Below, one piece after another: positions 29,701-38,698 of a stretch of 46,765 nt of DNA. The translations under genes were made by a program, and so were the position numbers. Below the pieces are notes generated by a model that was not told the origin of the DNA, did not search any database, and saw only the letters and a list, made by a program, of their open reading frames with translations. Source of the stretch: an uncultured Lachnospiraceae bacterium. GTDB taxonomy: Bacteria; Bacillota; Clostridia; Oscillospirales; CAG-272. The stretch lies in NCBI GenBank assembly GCA_964456045.1, contig CAYWAD010000003.1, positions 1-46,765 on the forward strand, given 5' to 3'. How positions within the stretch are numbered: position 1 is the first letter of the stretch; every line of letters begins with the position of its first letter.

Positions 29701-30316
29701 AGATGAGGAGATTGAAAACGAAGCTTCCGCTGCGGAAAAGCTCGAATACGGTGATAAATGCCGCGTCAGGATTGCGGGGATAGTTACGAGCAGGACGGTA
29801 AAAGAAACGAGAAAAGGCGGCAAGATGATGTTTGCCGTCGTAGAAGACAAATCTTCGGATATTGAAGTTCTCGTGTTCCCGAAGAAGCTTGAACTTTATT
29901 CGGAATTTTTATACGGCGAAGAACCGATTTACATAGTTGGTGAGCTTTCCTGTGAGGAGGAAGCCGCGCCGAAAATTTTGCTTTCATCGTGCGAATTGCT
30001 TACCGAAGCAACCGCGGAACGTCGTGCGCCTGACGTAACTTCCAATCCGAAAAATTCCGAAAAGCGGGGATCGCGGGAAATGCCGGAAAAACAGCCTACT
30101 CGCCTTTACATCCGAGTCCCGGATGAAGAATCTGACGCTTACAAACGCGCAACGGCGCTGATCCGTATCTTTTGCGGCTCGCTCACCGTTTTTGTTTATA
30201 ACAAAAAAACAGGGAAGTACACTCGTTTTGAGGAATGCGGAGCGGACGTAACATCAAAACGTCTGTTTGCGGAGCTGAAAGAACTGCTCGACGGCGAAAA
30301 TGTCGTTTTGAGATGA
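26759..30316 (+). CDS. dnaE: DNA polymerase III alpha subunit
   Basis: HLHLHSEYSLLDG PHP domain, GRGSGAGS, PDFDVDF, FNKSH, OB fold. Confidence 0.97.
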   Translation: MANFCHLHLHSEYSLLDGACRVEDIPKLAKDMGQTAVAITDHGSMYGVIKFYESCKKEGIKPIIGCEVYVAPSSRFDKKDGRSSSPYHLVLLCKNEVGYKNLMKLVSLGWTEGFYSKPRVDTELLKAYSEGLIALSACLAGYIPRAIIAGNFAAAKEYALTMRDIFGEDSFYLELQNHGMDDQKAVNEALVKISNETGIGLVATNDVHYPYRKDADMQAVLMCIQTNNVITDGRPFGFETDEFYFKSTAEMTRLFGNVADGTPITNTQKIADMCNLELNFDKIYMPKYPFTGGVEPKTYLKNEVEKGLADKISRAHIVYDEKHSEKDYRERIEYELSVIVGMGFDEYYLVVADFIAYAKKNGIPVGPGRGSGAGSLVACLIGITDIDPLRYGLLFERFLNPERVSLPDFDVDFCYDRRDEVIDYVREKYGSEHVAQIITFGTMAARAAVRDVGRALGMSYSDVDKIAKLIPQFPGSTLEEALKGKELKELYESSSEIRNLIDTAKALEGMPRHASTHAAGVVITSEPLSDIVPLAVNGGTVVTQFEMDTVAKVGLVKFDFLALRYITIISNTVKRILESEPDFDIALIPYDDNATYEMIGSGDTNGVFQLESTGMRRMLTKMLPSCLADIIAAIALYRPGPMDSIPAYIERKHNGGGIKYTHPGIVPILSETYGCIVYQEQVMQIFRAVAGYSFARADVVRRAMAKKKSDVLEAERADFVSGAVERGMTEAEANELFDDMASFSSYAFNKSHAAAYAVISYRTAYLKRHYTKEYMSSLLDSVLGWEGKTAEYIEECGHYGIKVLAPDINESKADYTVGADGIRYGLAALKGLGRQFIERITEERERGGKFRSFYDFAVRMNEYDMNKRQVESLIKSGAFDRLGQRRSQLVASYEAIIDNLHEKKRTGVSGQLDMFSVGGNTSMQTVEFEYPDIPEFSKKRLLSLEKQVSGMYFSGHFLDDYDEKLDELRPDRIADIKEAVGDEEIENEASAAEKLEYGDKCRVRIAGIVTSRTVKETRKGGKMMFAVVEDKSSDIEVLVFPKKLELYSEFLYGEEPIYIVGELSCEEEAAPKILLSSCELLTEATAERRAPDVTSNPKNSEKRGSREMPEKQPTRLYIRVPDEESDAYKRATALIRIFCGSLTVFVYNKKTGKYTRFEECGADVTSKRLFAELKELLDGENVVLR

Positions 30317-30317
30317 T

Positions 30318-30695
30318 TCAGCTCGTGAAAGAGTCGATGTAGCGGCAAAGACGGTCAATGTCGCAGTCGATGCCGACTTTGAGCGCTTCCGATACGCTTT
30401 CCGGAAGCGTGAAAACGTATACATCAAGCGTTTTCAGCGGAGTTTTGTCGTCGGATGCTTCGAAAATCCCGATCTTGCCGTTGTATTCGCGGAGAATATA
30501 CCGCGTGTCGCAATATGAAACCGTGAAAACAGCGTCGGACGAAAACTCATCGTCGGTTTCGGCTCTGACAAAACTGGCGGACTCGGTTATTTCAAAGGTT
30601 TCTTCGCTTTCCATCAAAGCGAAAAGCGCACCGCTGACAGCGGCAAAAGCGGAAATCAAAAGTACCGATGCGGATGTGCGAATTATCTTTTTCAT
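30318..30695 (-). CDS. BofC C-terminal-domain-like membrane/secreted protein
   Basis: N-terminal hydrophobic segment; YILREYNGKIGIF...LP...L..GI...IDSFTS pattern typical of clostridial BofC_C proteins. Confidence 0.7.
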   Translation of the reverse strand: MKKIIRTSASVLLISAFAAVSGALFALMESEETFEITESASFVRAETDDEFSSDAVFTVSYCDTRYILREYNGKIGIFEASDDKTPLKTLDVYVFTLPESVSEALKVGIDCDIDRLCRYIDSFTS

Positions 30696-30729
30696 AACAG
30701 CACCTATTTGTAAATTTTTTAATTGTCGG

Positions 30730-30759
30730 TATTATCTCCGCTTCATTAATAAATTATTC
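30730..30759 (-). promoter_or_regulatory. sigma-F-like promoter of the bofC-like gene
   Basis: Minus strand GAATA-N15-GGAGATAATA, fitting GxxTA-N15-GGnnAnAnTA. Confidence 0.55.
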
Positions 30760-30825
30760 AAATATGTGGTTTATAATAACAAATAAAGTCGGTGAAAATC
30801 GGCAAAATCCAATTAAAAAGGAGGT

Positions 30826-33642
30826 ATGGGTGTGACGGAAGATAATGCAAAAAAAGAAAGAATCCTGCCGAAATGGGCGGAACGTCTGCTTCAATATCTC
30901 AAGGAAAAAAACAAAAATATCAATTGGCTTGAAGAATTTTTATATGCGTTGGGAATAATTCTCCGCGTAATATATACGGCTCTTGCCTTTGTTATGGATA
31001 TTATCATAACGCTTTTGCTTATTTGTGCCGTTACGGGAATTATCGTCGTTACGGCTTTCGCCGTGTATATTAACAATAATATCGACCCAACATTTGACGA
31101 CAGCCTTATAATCACCTCTGCGGATCAGTCATCTCAGCTTTATTATATGGACTATACGGACAGGGAAAATCGAGTCGGTACCGCCGTCGAGATTGACAAC
31201 CAGGTGCTTGCCGGCGCGGAATACAGCATTTGGGCGAATTATACCGAGCTTCCGGATAATCTCGTAAACGCTTTTATTGCAATCGAGGATGAGCGCTTCT
31301 GGAGTCACGGCGGAGTTGACTGGTTCCGTACAGTCGCTGCGGCGGCAAACCAGGTTTTGCACATTAAAGAGACGTTCGGCGGCTCAACAATAACTCAGCA
31401 GCTTGTTAAAAACGCAACGCAAGATGATGACTTTACGATCCAACGTAAGGTGCAGGAGATTTTGCGCGCAATAAATGTCGAATCGTCGTACAGTAAAGAA
31501 GAAATTATAACGATGTATCTGAATATCATAAGCTTTTCTCAAAACTGTACCGGCGTTCAAAGTGCGGCGCATACCTATTTCGGTAAAGATGTAAGCGAGC
31601 TGACACTTATAGAGTGCGCGGCGCTTGCTGCGATCCCGAAATCGCCGTATAAATACGATCCGATTCGAAACCCGGAATATAATACCGAACGTCGTCGTAC
31701 GGTCCTTGACGCAATGCTCGATCAGGGATATATAACGCAAGCGGAGTACGATGAGGTCTATTATGCCGATCTTGTCCTGAACAGTACGGAAAGTACGGTT
31801 TCAACAGGCGTTACGTCTTGGTATACCGATGCTGTCATAAGTGATTTCATCGAGGACTATGCCGAAACGTACGGTGTCTCCGAAACTGTTGCGGAATTGA
31901 AGCTTTATACCGGCGGACTCAAAATTTATACCGTAATGGATCCCGAAATTCAGGAATTGCTTGAGGAAATTTATCTTGACGATTCAATGTTTCCGACAGG
32001 CGGCACGGGAATTCAGCCGCAATCTTCGGCGATAATAATGGACCCGTATACAGGTGATATTCTCGCTCTTGTCGGTGGCAGAGGAGAAAAAGAGGGAAGC
32101 CGAATCCTGAACAGAGCGACGCAGTCGCTTCGTCCGTGCGGTTCGTCAATTAAGCCGCTTTCAGTCTATGCCCCCGCAATTGAGGAAGAACTTGTAACTT
32201 GGGGAAGTGTGCTTGACGATGTTCCCGTCAACTTCGGAACCTATACTGACGTCGAGGATGCGGTAGCGTGGCCGCGAAACTCCACCGGCAAATACAACGG
32301 ACTTACAACCGTGTACGATGCCATCCGAAATTCCACGAATACGATCGCGGTGCGCGTGCTTCAGCTCGTCGGAGTCGAAGAGTCGTTTACGTTCCTGAAG
32401 GAAAAATGCCACATGGACAACCTCATAGAAAGCTATGAGAACGAAGCAGGCGTTGTCTATTCGGATAAAGCAGCTGCGCCTCTTGCACTCGGTCAGTTTT
32501 CGTATGGCGTAACTTTGAGAGAGCTGACATCCGCATATCAGATTTTCCCGAACAGCGGTGTTTACAATACGTCAAGAACTTATATAAAAGTAACCGATGC
32601 GGACGGAAATACAATCCTTTCCACGGACGATCCTTCCGAAATCGTAATAAGCGAACAGACTGCCGATATAATGACAAAGCTGATGGAAGCCGTTGTTGAC
32701 AGCGGTACAGCTAAAAAAATCACGCTCAAGTCCAGTATAGATGTTGCCGGAAAAACCGGTACAACAACGTCTAACTACGATAAGTGGTTCGTAGGTTATA
32801 CACCGTATTATCTTTGCGGAGTTTGGTTCGGATATGACCTCAACCAAACGCTGTCGGATTATCCCGGCGCTTCCGCCGCACTTATTTGGGATACGATAAT
32901 GACAAAGGTGCATGAGAAGATCTTCGATTCGGTCAAGGCAGGGAATGAGACACTTAAAGAATTCGAGGACGCAACGGGCATTGTAAAGTGTACGTACTGT
33001 AAGGATTCCGGCAAGCTCATCACCGATGCCTGCAAGCTTGACCCTCGCGGAAGCCGCGCTCAAACGGGATATTTCACTGTTGATACGGCACCGACAGAGG
33101 AATGCGACTGCCACGTCATCGTTAACTACGATAAGTCAACGGGCGGCGTTGCAAGCCAATATTGCAGCAGCAAAAACATTGTTCAGTACGGTTTGATCAA
33201 GGTCGAAAATCGAAGCTTCCCGATAGAGGTAACGGTAACGGATGCTCAGTATGTGTACAGGGAGCTTCCGTCAAAAGTTCAGCCGTCGGGGTGGTGGGGA
33301 GTTTCGTTCTTCGCAAATATGCTGAAGGATGGTGAGTATTGCGGAACCTCCGGTGTTAGCGAACCGTTTAACAGGTTCTGCTACGAGCATTATAATTACG
33401 ATAAATCAACCGGAATAGATACGTCTCAGTTCGGAGTAAAGGATACTGAGACTGCACCACCGGAGACAACAACGGATACGGCACCGCCGGAAACGGATAC
33501 GTCGCCGCCCGAATCCGAGACAACAGATCCCGGTGCGAATACCGAGCCGACTGATACAACCGATGATACTTCCGAGGTAACAACCTCGCCGGAGGAAACA
33601 TCAACCGGAACGAGCGAAGAAACTACCGCCCCTGTCGTATAA
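30826..33642 (+). CDS. Class A penicillin-binding protein (PBP1A family)
   Basis: TM anchor; EDERF..HGG, GGSTITQQL, RKVQE; SSIK, STN, KTGT; Cys-rich C-domain and acidic tail. Confidence 0.95.
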   Translation: MGVTEDNAKKERILPKWAERLLQYLKEKNKNINWLEEFLYALGIILRVIYTALAFVMDIIITLLLICAVTGIIVVTAFAVYINNNIDPTFDDSLIITSADQSSQLYYMDYTDRENRVGTAVEIDNQVLAGAEYSIWANYTELPDNLVNAFIAIEDERFWSHGGVDWFRTVAAAANQVLHIKETFGGSTITQQLVKNATQDDDFTIQRKVQEILRAINVESSYSKEEIITMYLNIISFSQNCTGVQSAAHTYFGKDVSELTLIECAALAAIPKSPYKYDPIRNPEYNTERRRTVLDAMLDQGYITQAEYDEVYYADLVLNSTESTVSTGVTSWYTDAVISDFIEDYAETYGVSETVAELKLYTGGLKIYTVMDPEIQELLEEIYLDDSMFPTGGTGIQPQSSAIIMDPYTGDILALVGGRGEKEGSRILNRATQSLRPCGSSIKPLSVYAPAIEEELVTWGSVLDDVPVNFGTYTDVEDAVAWPRNSTGKYNGLTTVYDAIRNSTNTIAVRVLQLVGVEESFTFLKEKCHMDNLIESYENEAGVVYSDKAAAPLALGQFSYGVTLRELTSAYQIFPNSGVYNTSRTYIKVTDADGNTILSTDDPSEIVISEQTADIMTKLMEAVVDSGTAKKITLKSSIDVAGKTGTTTSNYDKWFVGYTPYYLCGVWFGYDLNQTLSDYPGASAALIWDTIMTKVHEKIFDSVKAGNETLKEFEDATGIVKCTYCKDSGKLITDACKLDPRGSRAQTGYFTVDTAPTEECDCHVIVNYDKSTGGVASQYCSSKNIVQYGLIKVENRSFPIEVTVTDAQYVYRELPSKVQPSGWWGVSFFANMLKDGEYCGTSGVSEPFNRFCYEHYNYDKSTGIDTSQFGVKDTETAPPETTTDTAPPETDTSPPESETTDPGANTEPTDTTDDTSEVTTSPEETSTGTSEETTAPVV
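33441..33636 (+). repeat. Low-complexity T/E/P/D/S tail of the PBP with imperfect (T/S)(A/S)PPE repeats
   Basis: DTETAPPETTTDTAPPETDTSPPESETTDP... Confidence 0.7.
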
Positions 33643-33675
33643 AGCGGTTGTTGCTTGTGAAAACAAAAAACGATA

Positions 33676-33716
33676 AGTCGATGCTCCGTAAACAAATTTT
33701 GCGGAGCATTGATTTT
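33676..33716 (+). terminator. Intrinsic terminator after the PBP gene
   Basis: GTCGATGCTCCGTAAA / TTTGCGGAGCATTGAT stem followed by TTT. Confidence 0.7.
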
Positions 33717-33782
33717 CACTTTGCTGTGTGACAATTGCATAAATATCTGCAAATCTTGTGTGGGTGATTTGTAATAAAGTGC

Positions 33783-33811
33783 TTGACACGCGATTTGAGA
33801 TGTATTATAAT
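33783..33811 (+). promoter_or_regulatory. Consensus sigma-A promoter
   Basis: TTGACA-N17-TATAAT, exact match. Confidence 0.85.
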
Positions 33812-33851
33812 TAAGTAAACAAAAATCATCAAATACTTTTTGGAGGATTTT

Positions 33852-34373
33852 ATGAAAAAGACAAACTTCAGAATTTTAACACTTCTCCTTGCTGTACTTA
33901 TGCTTTCTTGCATGTTCGTAGGTTGCGGTAAGAACAAAATGACAGTTACCGTTGGTATAAAACTCGGCGATGACTACATCACATATCGTTACAACGAAGA
34001 AGAAGCTGCCGGCAACGATGAATTTATGATTCCCGCAGAAGATCGCGTTTTCCTTAACGATGTATCCATCGAAATCCCTTATGAAGAAGGCGAACAGGTA
34101 AGCGCTCTCGATGCATTCATCGATGCTTGCAAAGAATATGACATCCAATACACACTTGAATCCAACCAAAAGTCCGTTTCTGTTGTTTCAACATACAAGG
34201 GATTCCTCGGTAAAGATGATGACGGAAATAACGTAACATTCTTCTGGACCTACACCATCAACGGAGTTGAGCCCACAAGCGGCAGAGCAGCAGATAACTA
34301 CGTAAACGACGGCGACGTTATCGTGTTCACGCTTACAAGTGCTAACGAAAGCGACTACGACGAAAATAACTGA
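33852..34373 (+). CDS. DUF4430-like (transcobalamin C-terminal beta-grasp) lipoprotein
   Basis: ATG after GGAGG; lipobox FVGC; FWTYTING......A..YVNDGDVIVF motif. Confidence 0.75.
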   Translation: MKKTNFRILTLLLAVLMLSCMFVGCGKNKMTVTVGIKLGDDYITYRYNEEEAAGNDEFMIPAEDRVFLNDVSIEIPYEEGEQVSALDAFIDACKEYDIQYTLESNQKSVSVVSTYKGFLGKDDDGNNVTFFWTYTINGVEPTSGRAADNYVNDGDVIVFTLTSANESDYDENN

Positions 34374-34384
34374 TTGAATCTTAT

Positions 34385-34412
34385 AAAAAGCACGCGAAAA
34401 GCGTGCTTTTTT
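34385..34412 (+). terminator. Intrinsic terminator
   Basis: AAAAAGCACGC-GAAAA-GCGTGCTTTTTT. Confidence 0.88.
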
Positions 34413-34484
34413 GTTTTGCGGAGAATTGTCGCGGAAGTTTTTTCATATAATTAAACGAAAACGAAACAAAACGTGAGGTAAGAT

Positions 34485-35696
34485 ATGAAAAAAACGAATC
34501 ACAGCCTTATGCGAGCCGCGGCGTTGATCTGCGCTGCTATCTTGCTTTTGCAGAACGGAATTTTCGCAAGTGCGGACGGCGACGAAGTTGAATCGACGAG
34601 CGTTGAAACCAACGAATCCGTTCAAACGTCGCTTTCACTCGACTGCAAAAGCTGCATACTTATGGAAGCGTCAACGGGAACGATTTTGTATGAATCCAAT
34701 GCGGACGAGGCACTGCGCCCGGCTTCGGTGACGAAAATAATGACGATACTTTTGGTTATGGAAGCGGTGAAATCCGGCGCTGTTACAATGGACGATGTCG
34801 TGTCTGTCAGCGAAAATGCTGCCTCCATGGGCGGTTCACAGGTCTATCTTGAGCCCGGCGAAGTAATGACGGTTCGCGAATTGCTCAAATGTGTCGTGAT
34901 CGCGTCCGCAAATGATGCAAGCGTCGCTTTGGCTGAATATATTGCGGGCAGCGAGGATGAGTTTGTCGCACGAATGAACGCGCGCGCTGCGGAGCTTTCG
35001 ATGGAAAATACGAATTTCGTCAACACCAACGGGCTTGACGACGCGGAAGATTCCGCTTCGCATCTCACAAGCGCAAGAGACATAGCGCTTATGTCACGCG
35101 AGCTTATAGTCAACCACCCCGAAATTTTCGAATTTACGACCGTTTGGATGGATTCGATACGAAACGGTGAATTCGGACTGACAAATACGAATCGCCTCAT
35201 ACGCTTTTATCGCGGTGCAACCGGATTGAAAACAGGTTCGACCTCCAAAGCCGGATTTTGCATTTCCGCAACCGCAGAGCGTGACGGTATGTCGCTGATA
35301 GCCGTCATAATGGGCTCTCCGACGCGTGACGTGCGAAACGAGGCGGCAAAAGCTCTGCTTGATTACGGCTACGCGAATTATTGTGTTTATTCCGATGCCC
35401 CGGCGGAATGCGAAAACGTGAAAGTGAAGGGAAGTGCGGTTTCGTCGGTGAAAAGCGCCCACGATGGCTTTACCGCCGTACTGAAAAAAGGAATGGACAA
35501 AAACGTAACGTCAACGATAGCGCTTTTCGAGGACGTCTCGGCGCCTGTTTCCGTCGGAGATGAAGTCGGAACGGTTACATATTTTGCCGACGGCGAAATT
35601 ATAGGTGAAATTCCCGTCACCGCAACCGAAAACGCAGACAAAATAGGCTATTTCGGAGTTGTTTATAAAATAATGCGTGGGATTCTTTGCAAATAA
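34485..35696 (+). CDS. D-alanyl-D-alanine carboxypeptidase (S11, DacF/DacB-like)
   Basis: Signal peptide, PASVTK, SAN, KTG, NTNRLI; CATATAAT at 34444-51 suggests a sporulation sigma factor. Confidence 0.92.
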   Translation: MKKTNHSLMRAAALICAAILLLQNGIFASADGDEVESTSVETNESVQTSLSLDCKSCILMEASTGTILYESNADEALRPASVTKIMTILLVMEAVKSGAVTMDDVVSVSENAASMGGSQVYLEPGEVMTVRELLKCVVIASANDASVALAEYIAGSEDEFVARMNARAAELSMENTNFVNTNGLDDAEDSASHLTSARDIALMSRELIVNHPEIFEFTTVWMDSIRNGEFGLTNTNRLIRFYRGATGLKTGSTSKAGFCISATAERDGMSLIAVIMGSPTRDVRNEAAKALLDYGYANYCVYSDAPAECENVKVKGSAVSSVKSAHDGFTAVLKKGMDKNVTSTIALFEDVSAPVSVGDEVGTVTYFADGEIIGEIPVTATENADKIGYFGVVYKIMRGILCK

Positions 35697-35707
35697 ATCC
35701 GAAACTC

Positions 35708-35736
35708 TTGAAAAAAGTGCGCGTTTGTGCTAAAAT
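35708..35736 (+). promoter_or_regulatory. sigma-A-like promoter of pgi
   Basis: TTGAAA-N17-TAAAAT with TG. Confidence 0.65.
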
Positions 35737-35777
35737 AACTCATGTTTTAACGAAAGTCTGAAGAAAGGCAGTTAGCT

Positions 35778-37121
35778 ATGAGTATCAATCTTAATAAAAA
35801 ATTTGTAAGTCAGTTTGTGCGTCCGCACGAAATCGAATATATGAAGGGAAGTGCCGAAGTTGCGCTCGCAACGGTTCTTGCAAAGAACGGTCCCGGCAAT
35901 GATTTTCTCGGTTGGACTGATCTCCCCGTAAATTACGATAAAGAAGAATTTGCGCGCATCAAAGCGGCTGCGGAACGCATCAAAAAAATGTGTGACGTGT
36001 TCGTTGTTATCGGTATCGGCGGCTCTTATCTCGGCGCTCGTGCCGTAATCGAGTACATAAAATCCAACAATTATAACGCACTCCCCAAGGATACCCCCGA
36101 AATTTATTTTGCAGGTAAGGACATCAGCGCATCCTCCATTGCGGAGCTTCTCAAGCTTTGCGAGGGCAAGGACGTTTGCGTGAATGTTGTTTCCAAGTCC
36201 GGAACGACAACCGAACCGGCTATCGCTTTCCGTATTTTCCGCGAAATGATGAACAAAAAGTACGGCGAAGAAGAAGCGAAAAAGAGAATTTTCGCAACAA
36301 CCGACCGCGCGCGCGGAACGCTTAAGGGTTTCGCGGACAAAACCGGCTACGAAACCTTCGTTGTACCTGATGACATCGGCGGACGCTTCTCCGTGCTTAC
36401 CGCTGTCGGCCTGCTTCCGATCGCAGTTGCCGGAATTGATATTGACGCTCTTATGACAGGCGCCGCAAACGCAAGAGCAAAGTATACCTCTGCGCCTTAT
36501 GAGGAAAATGCGTGCCTCCAGTATGCGGCACTTCGCAATATCCTTTCAAGACACGGAAAAACAACCGAAATTCTCGTAAGCTACGAGCCTGCTGCGGCAA
36601 TGCTTTCCGAATGGTGGAAACAGCTTTACGGCGAAAGCGAAGGCAAGGACGGCAAGGGCATTTATCCCGCATCCGTTATATTCTCGACCGACCTGCACTC
36701 TCTCGGTCAGTTCGTTCAGGACGGAACACGTAACCTCTTTGAAACCGTTATCGATATCAAACATCCGAACGATTCTTATAAAGTTCCGTTCGATTCCGAG
36801 AATATCGACGGACTCAACTTTATCGCGGAACGCGAAATCGACGAAATCAACCATACTGCAATGCTCGGAACGCTTCTGGCGCATGTTGACGGCGGCGTGC
36901 CGAACATCGTCATCGAAACACCCGACAGAAGCGAAGCAAGTCTTGGAGAGCTTATTTATTTCTTCGAGCTCGCTTGTGCCGTTTCCGGCTATATCTCCGG
37001 TGTAAATCCCTTTGATCAGCCCGGAGTCGAAAGCTACAAAAAGAATATGTTCGCTCTGCTCGGCAAGCCCGGTTATGAGGAAATGAAAGCCGATCTCGAA
37101 GCGCGCATAGCTTCACTTTGA
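35778..37121 (+). CDS. pgi: Glucose-6-phosphate isomerase
   Basis: [43 protein letters not shown]. Confidence 0.97.
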   Translation: MSINLNKKFVSQFVRPHEIEYMKGSAEVALATVLAKNGPGNDFLGWTDLPVNYDKEEFARIKAAAERIKKMCDVFVVIGIGGSYLGARAVIEYIKSNNYNALPKDTPEIYFAGKDISASSIAELLKLCEGKDVCVNVVSKSGTTTEPAIAFRIFREMMNKKYGEEEAKKRIFATTDRARGTLKGFADKTGYETFVVPDDIGGRFSVLTAVGLLPIAVAGIDIDALMTGAANARAKYTSAPYEENACLQYAALRNILSRHGKTTEILVSYEPAAAMLSEWWKQLYGESEGKDGKGIYPASVIFSTDLHSLGQFVQDGTRNLFETVIDIKHPNDSYKVPFDSENIDGLNFIAEREIDEINHTAMLGTLLAHVDGGVPNIVIETPDRSEASLGELIYFFELACAVSGYISGVNPFDQPGVESYKKNMFALLGKPGYEEMKADLEARIASL

Positions 37122-37160
37122 TGAATAAAATAATTATTGTCACTTTTCAAAAATTGACGG

Positions 37161-37189
37161 TTGAATATTTGCGAATAATCTGCTATAAT
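37161..37189 (+). promoter_or_regulatory. sigma-A-like promoter
   Basis: TTGAAT-N17-TATAAT with TG. Confidence 0.65.
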
Positions 37190-37240
37190 GACTATAACGA
37201 TTATCACGACAAGTTAAAACTGTCGTAACGGAGGAACCTA

Positions 37241-37648
37241 ATGTTAAAACTGATTATTGGACTTAAAGGAACAGGAAAGACAAAGCAGCTTATTGATATG
37301 GTAAACAATGCCGTTGAAAATTCCAGCGGATCCGTTGTTTGCATCGAAAGATCCGACAAGCTTCGCTATGACATCAAGCATCAGTGCAGACTCATTTCTG
37401 CCGAGGAATATTTCATTTCCGATGCACAATCGCTTTTCGGCTTCATTTCCGGCATTTATGCAAGCAACCATGATGTTAAAGAGCTTTTTATAGACTCCGC
37501 ACTTCGCATCTGTAAGGAAGACAAAGCGGCGTTTGATCTTCTGCTTGACGAGATTTCCGAGTTTTCCGATAGAAACGGTATAAACGTAATTGTTACATCG
37601 ACAATTTCAGCCGATGAAGCAACCGAAACCATGAAAAAGTACATATAA
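37241..37648 (+). CDS. Small P-loop protein of unknown function (clostridial family)
   Basis: GLKGTGKT Walker A, LFIDS Walker-B-like, GFISGI; GGAGG RBS. Confidence 0.8.
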   Translation: MLKLIIGLKGTGKTKQLIDMVNNAVENSSGSVVCIERSDKLRYDIKHQCRLISAEEYFISDAQSLFGFISGIYASNHDVKELFIDSALRICKEDKAAFDLLLDEISEFSDRNGINVIVTSTISADEATETMKKYI

Positions 37649-37662
37649 AAGAATATTATATG

Positions 37663-37695
37663 AAACAAAAGAGAGCTTCGGCTCTCTTTTTGTTT
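37663..37695 (+). terminator. Intrinsic terminator
   Basis: AAAAGAGAGC-TTCG-GCTCTCTTTTT. Confidence 0.9.
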
Positions 37696-37703
37696 TGCCG
37701 AGT

Positions 37704-37731
37704 AACAGTATCCGAAAGAAAAGCATATTAT
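37704..37731 (+). promoter_or_regulatory. sigma-K-like promoter
   Basis: AACA-N16-CATATTAT, matching mACm-N16-CATAnnnT. Confidence 0.55.
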
Positions 37732-37801
37732 GTTGTTGAAAGCGTCAGAGCGTTTTTCGAAAGGCTTTTGCGCTTTATAATGTAAGGAGGAATGCTTCTC
37801 A

Positions 37802-38638
37802 ATGCTTGAGAACAGAAATAATAATATAAATCAGTCGTGCCAGGGGACGGAAACCGTGTGTATAGATACGTACAGAGTGCTTGACTCCTGTCGGGATAAG
37901 GATTGCTTTGAAGACGTGAGAGTATATCTCAGCGACTTCGGTCAGGAGTTGATTTCGAGAACTCAGTCCGTACGAACAAAATCGGCACAGATAATAAACG
38001 CGGACATTGACGTCAACTCCGTTCCGTTCAATCGCGGATTTTATCAGATCAACATAAGAATATACGTTAAAGTCACTGTCGAAGTTTGCTGTAACGGTAT
38101 GCCTCAGGAGCTTGTCGGTATAGCTGCTGTGGAAAAAAGAGTGATTCTTTTCGCATCAGAGGGCAATGTAAGCATCTTCAAAAGCGATCCTTTCGAGGAT
38201 AACTTTTGCAAAAAGCCCAACCTTTGCGGCGCACGCATAAATACCAATCTCCCGATCGCGGTCCTCGAAACCGTGGATCCCATCATCCTCAATTCGAAAA
38301 TCGCGGAGCCGCAGACATGCTGCTGTTGTTGCTGTTCCGCGGACGACATCCCCGAAGGCGTTGCGTCCGAATGCGGAGGCCCTCTCGCAGGCACGGACAA
38401 TGACCGTTTCCTCGTTGTGTCGCTTGGATTTTTCTCTGTTGTCAGAATCGAGCGCCCGGCTCAATATCTGATCACCGCGGCGGAATATACCGTTCCGGAT
38501 AAAGAGTGCGTAAGCCCCGAAGAAGACGATCCTTGCTCGCTTTTCCGAACAATGTCTTTCCCCGTAAATGAATTTTATCCCCCTTCGTACATCGCTCAGG
38601 AAAGAGACCGTGACAGCGGACGAAAATGCGGATGCTGA
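37802..38638 (+). CDS. Cys-rich putative spore coat/exosporium protein
   Basis: AAGGAGG RBS; 19 Cys in 278 aa including a C6 run and C-terminal KCGC; no signal peptide; sigma-K-like promoter. Confidence 0.7.
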   Translation: MLENRNNNINQSCQGTETVCIDTYRVLDSCRDKDCFEDVRVYLSDFGQELISRTQSVRTKSAQIINADIDVNSVPFNRGFYQINIRIYVKVTVEVCCNGMPQELVGIAAVEKRVILFASEGNVSIFKSDPFEDNFCKKPNLCGARINTNLPIAVLETVDPIILNSKIAEPQTCCCCCCSADDIPEGVASECGGPLAGTDNDRFLVVSLGFFSVVRIERPAQYLITAAEYTVPDKECVSPEEDDPCSLFRTMSFPVNEFYPPSYIAQERDRDSGRKCGC

Positions 38639-38647
38639 CGGTTGAAA

Positions 38648-38691
38648 AACAATAAAAAAAGGATGCACATCGTGCATCCTTTTTTATTGTT
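38648..38691. terminator. Bidirectional intrinsic terminator
   Basis: AACAATAAAAAAAGGATGCAC-ATC-GTGCATCCTTTTTTATTGTT between convergent genes. Confidence 0.9.
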
Positions 38692-38698
38692 TAAGCCG

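Noticed and set aside
33441-33520. Short DNA repeats resembling a CRISPR array or VNTR
   Set aside because: Imperfect in-frame coding repeats in the PBP tail; no spacers or cas genes.
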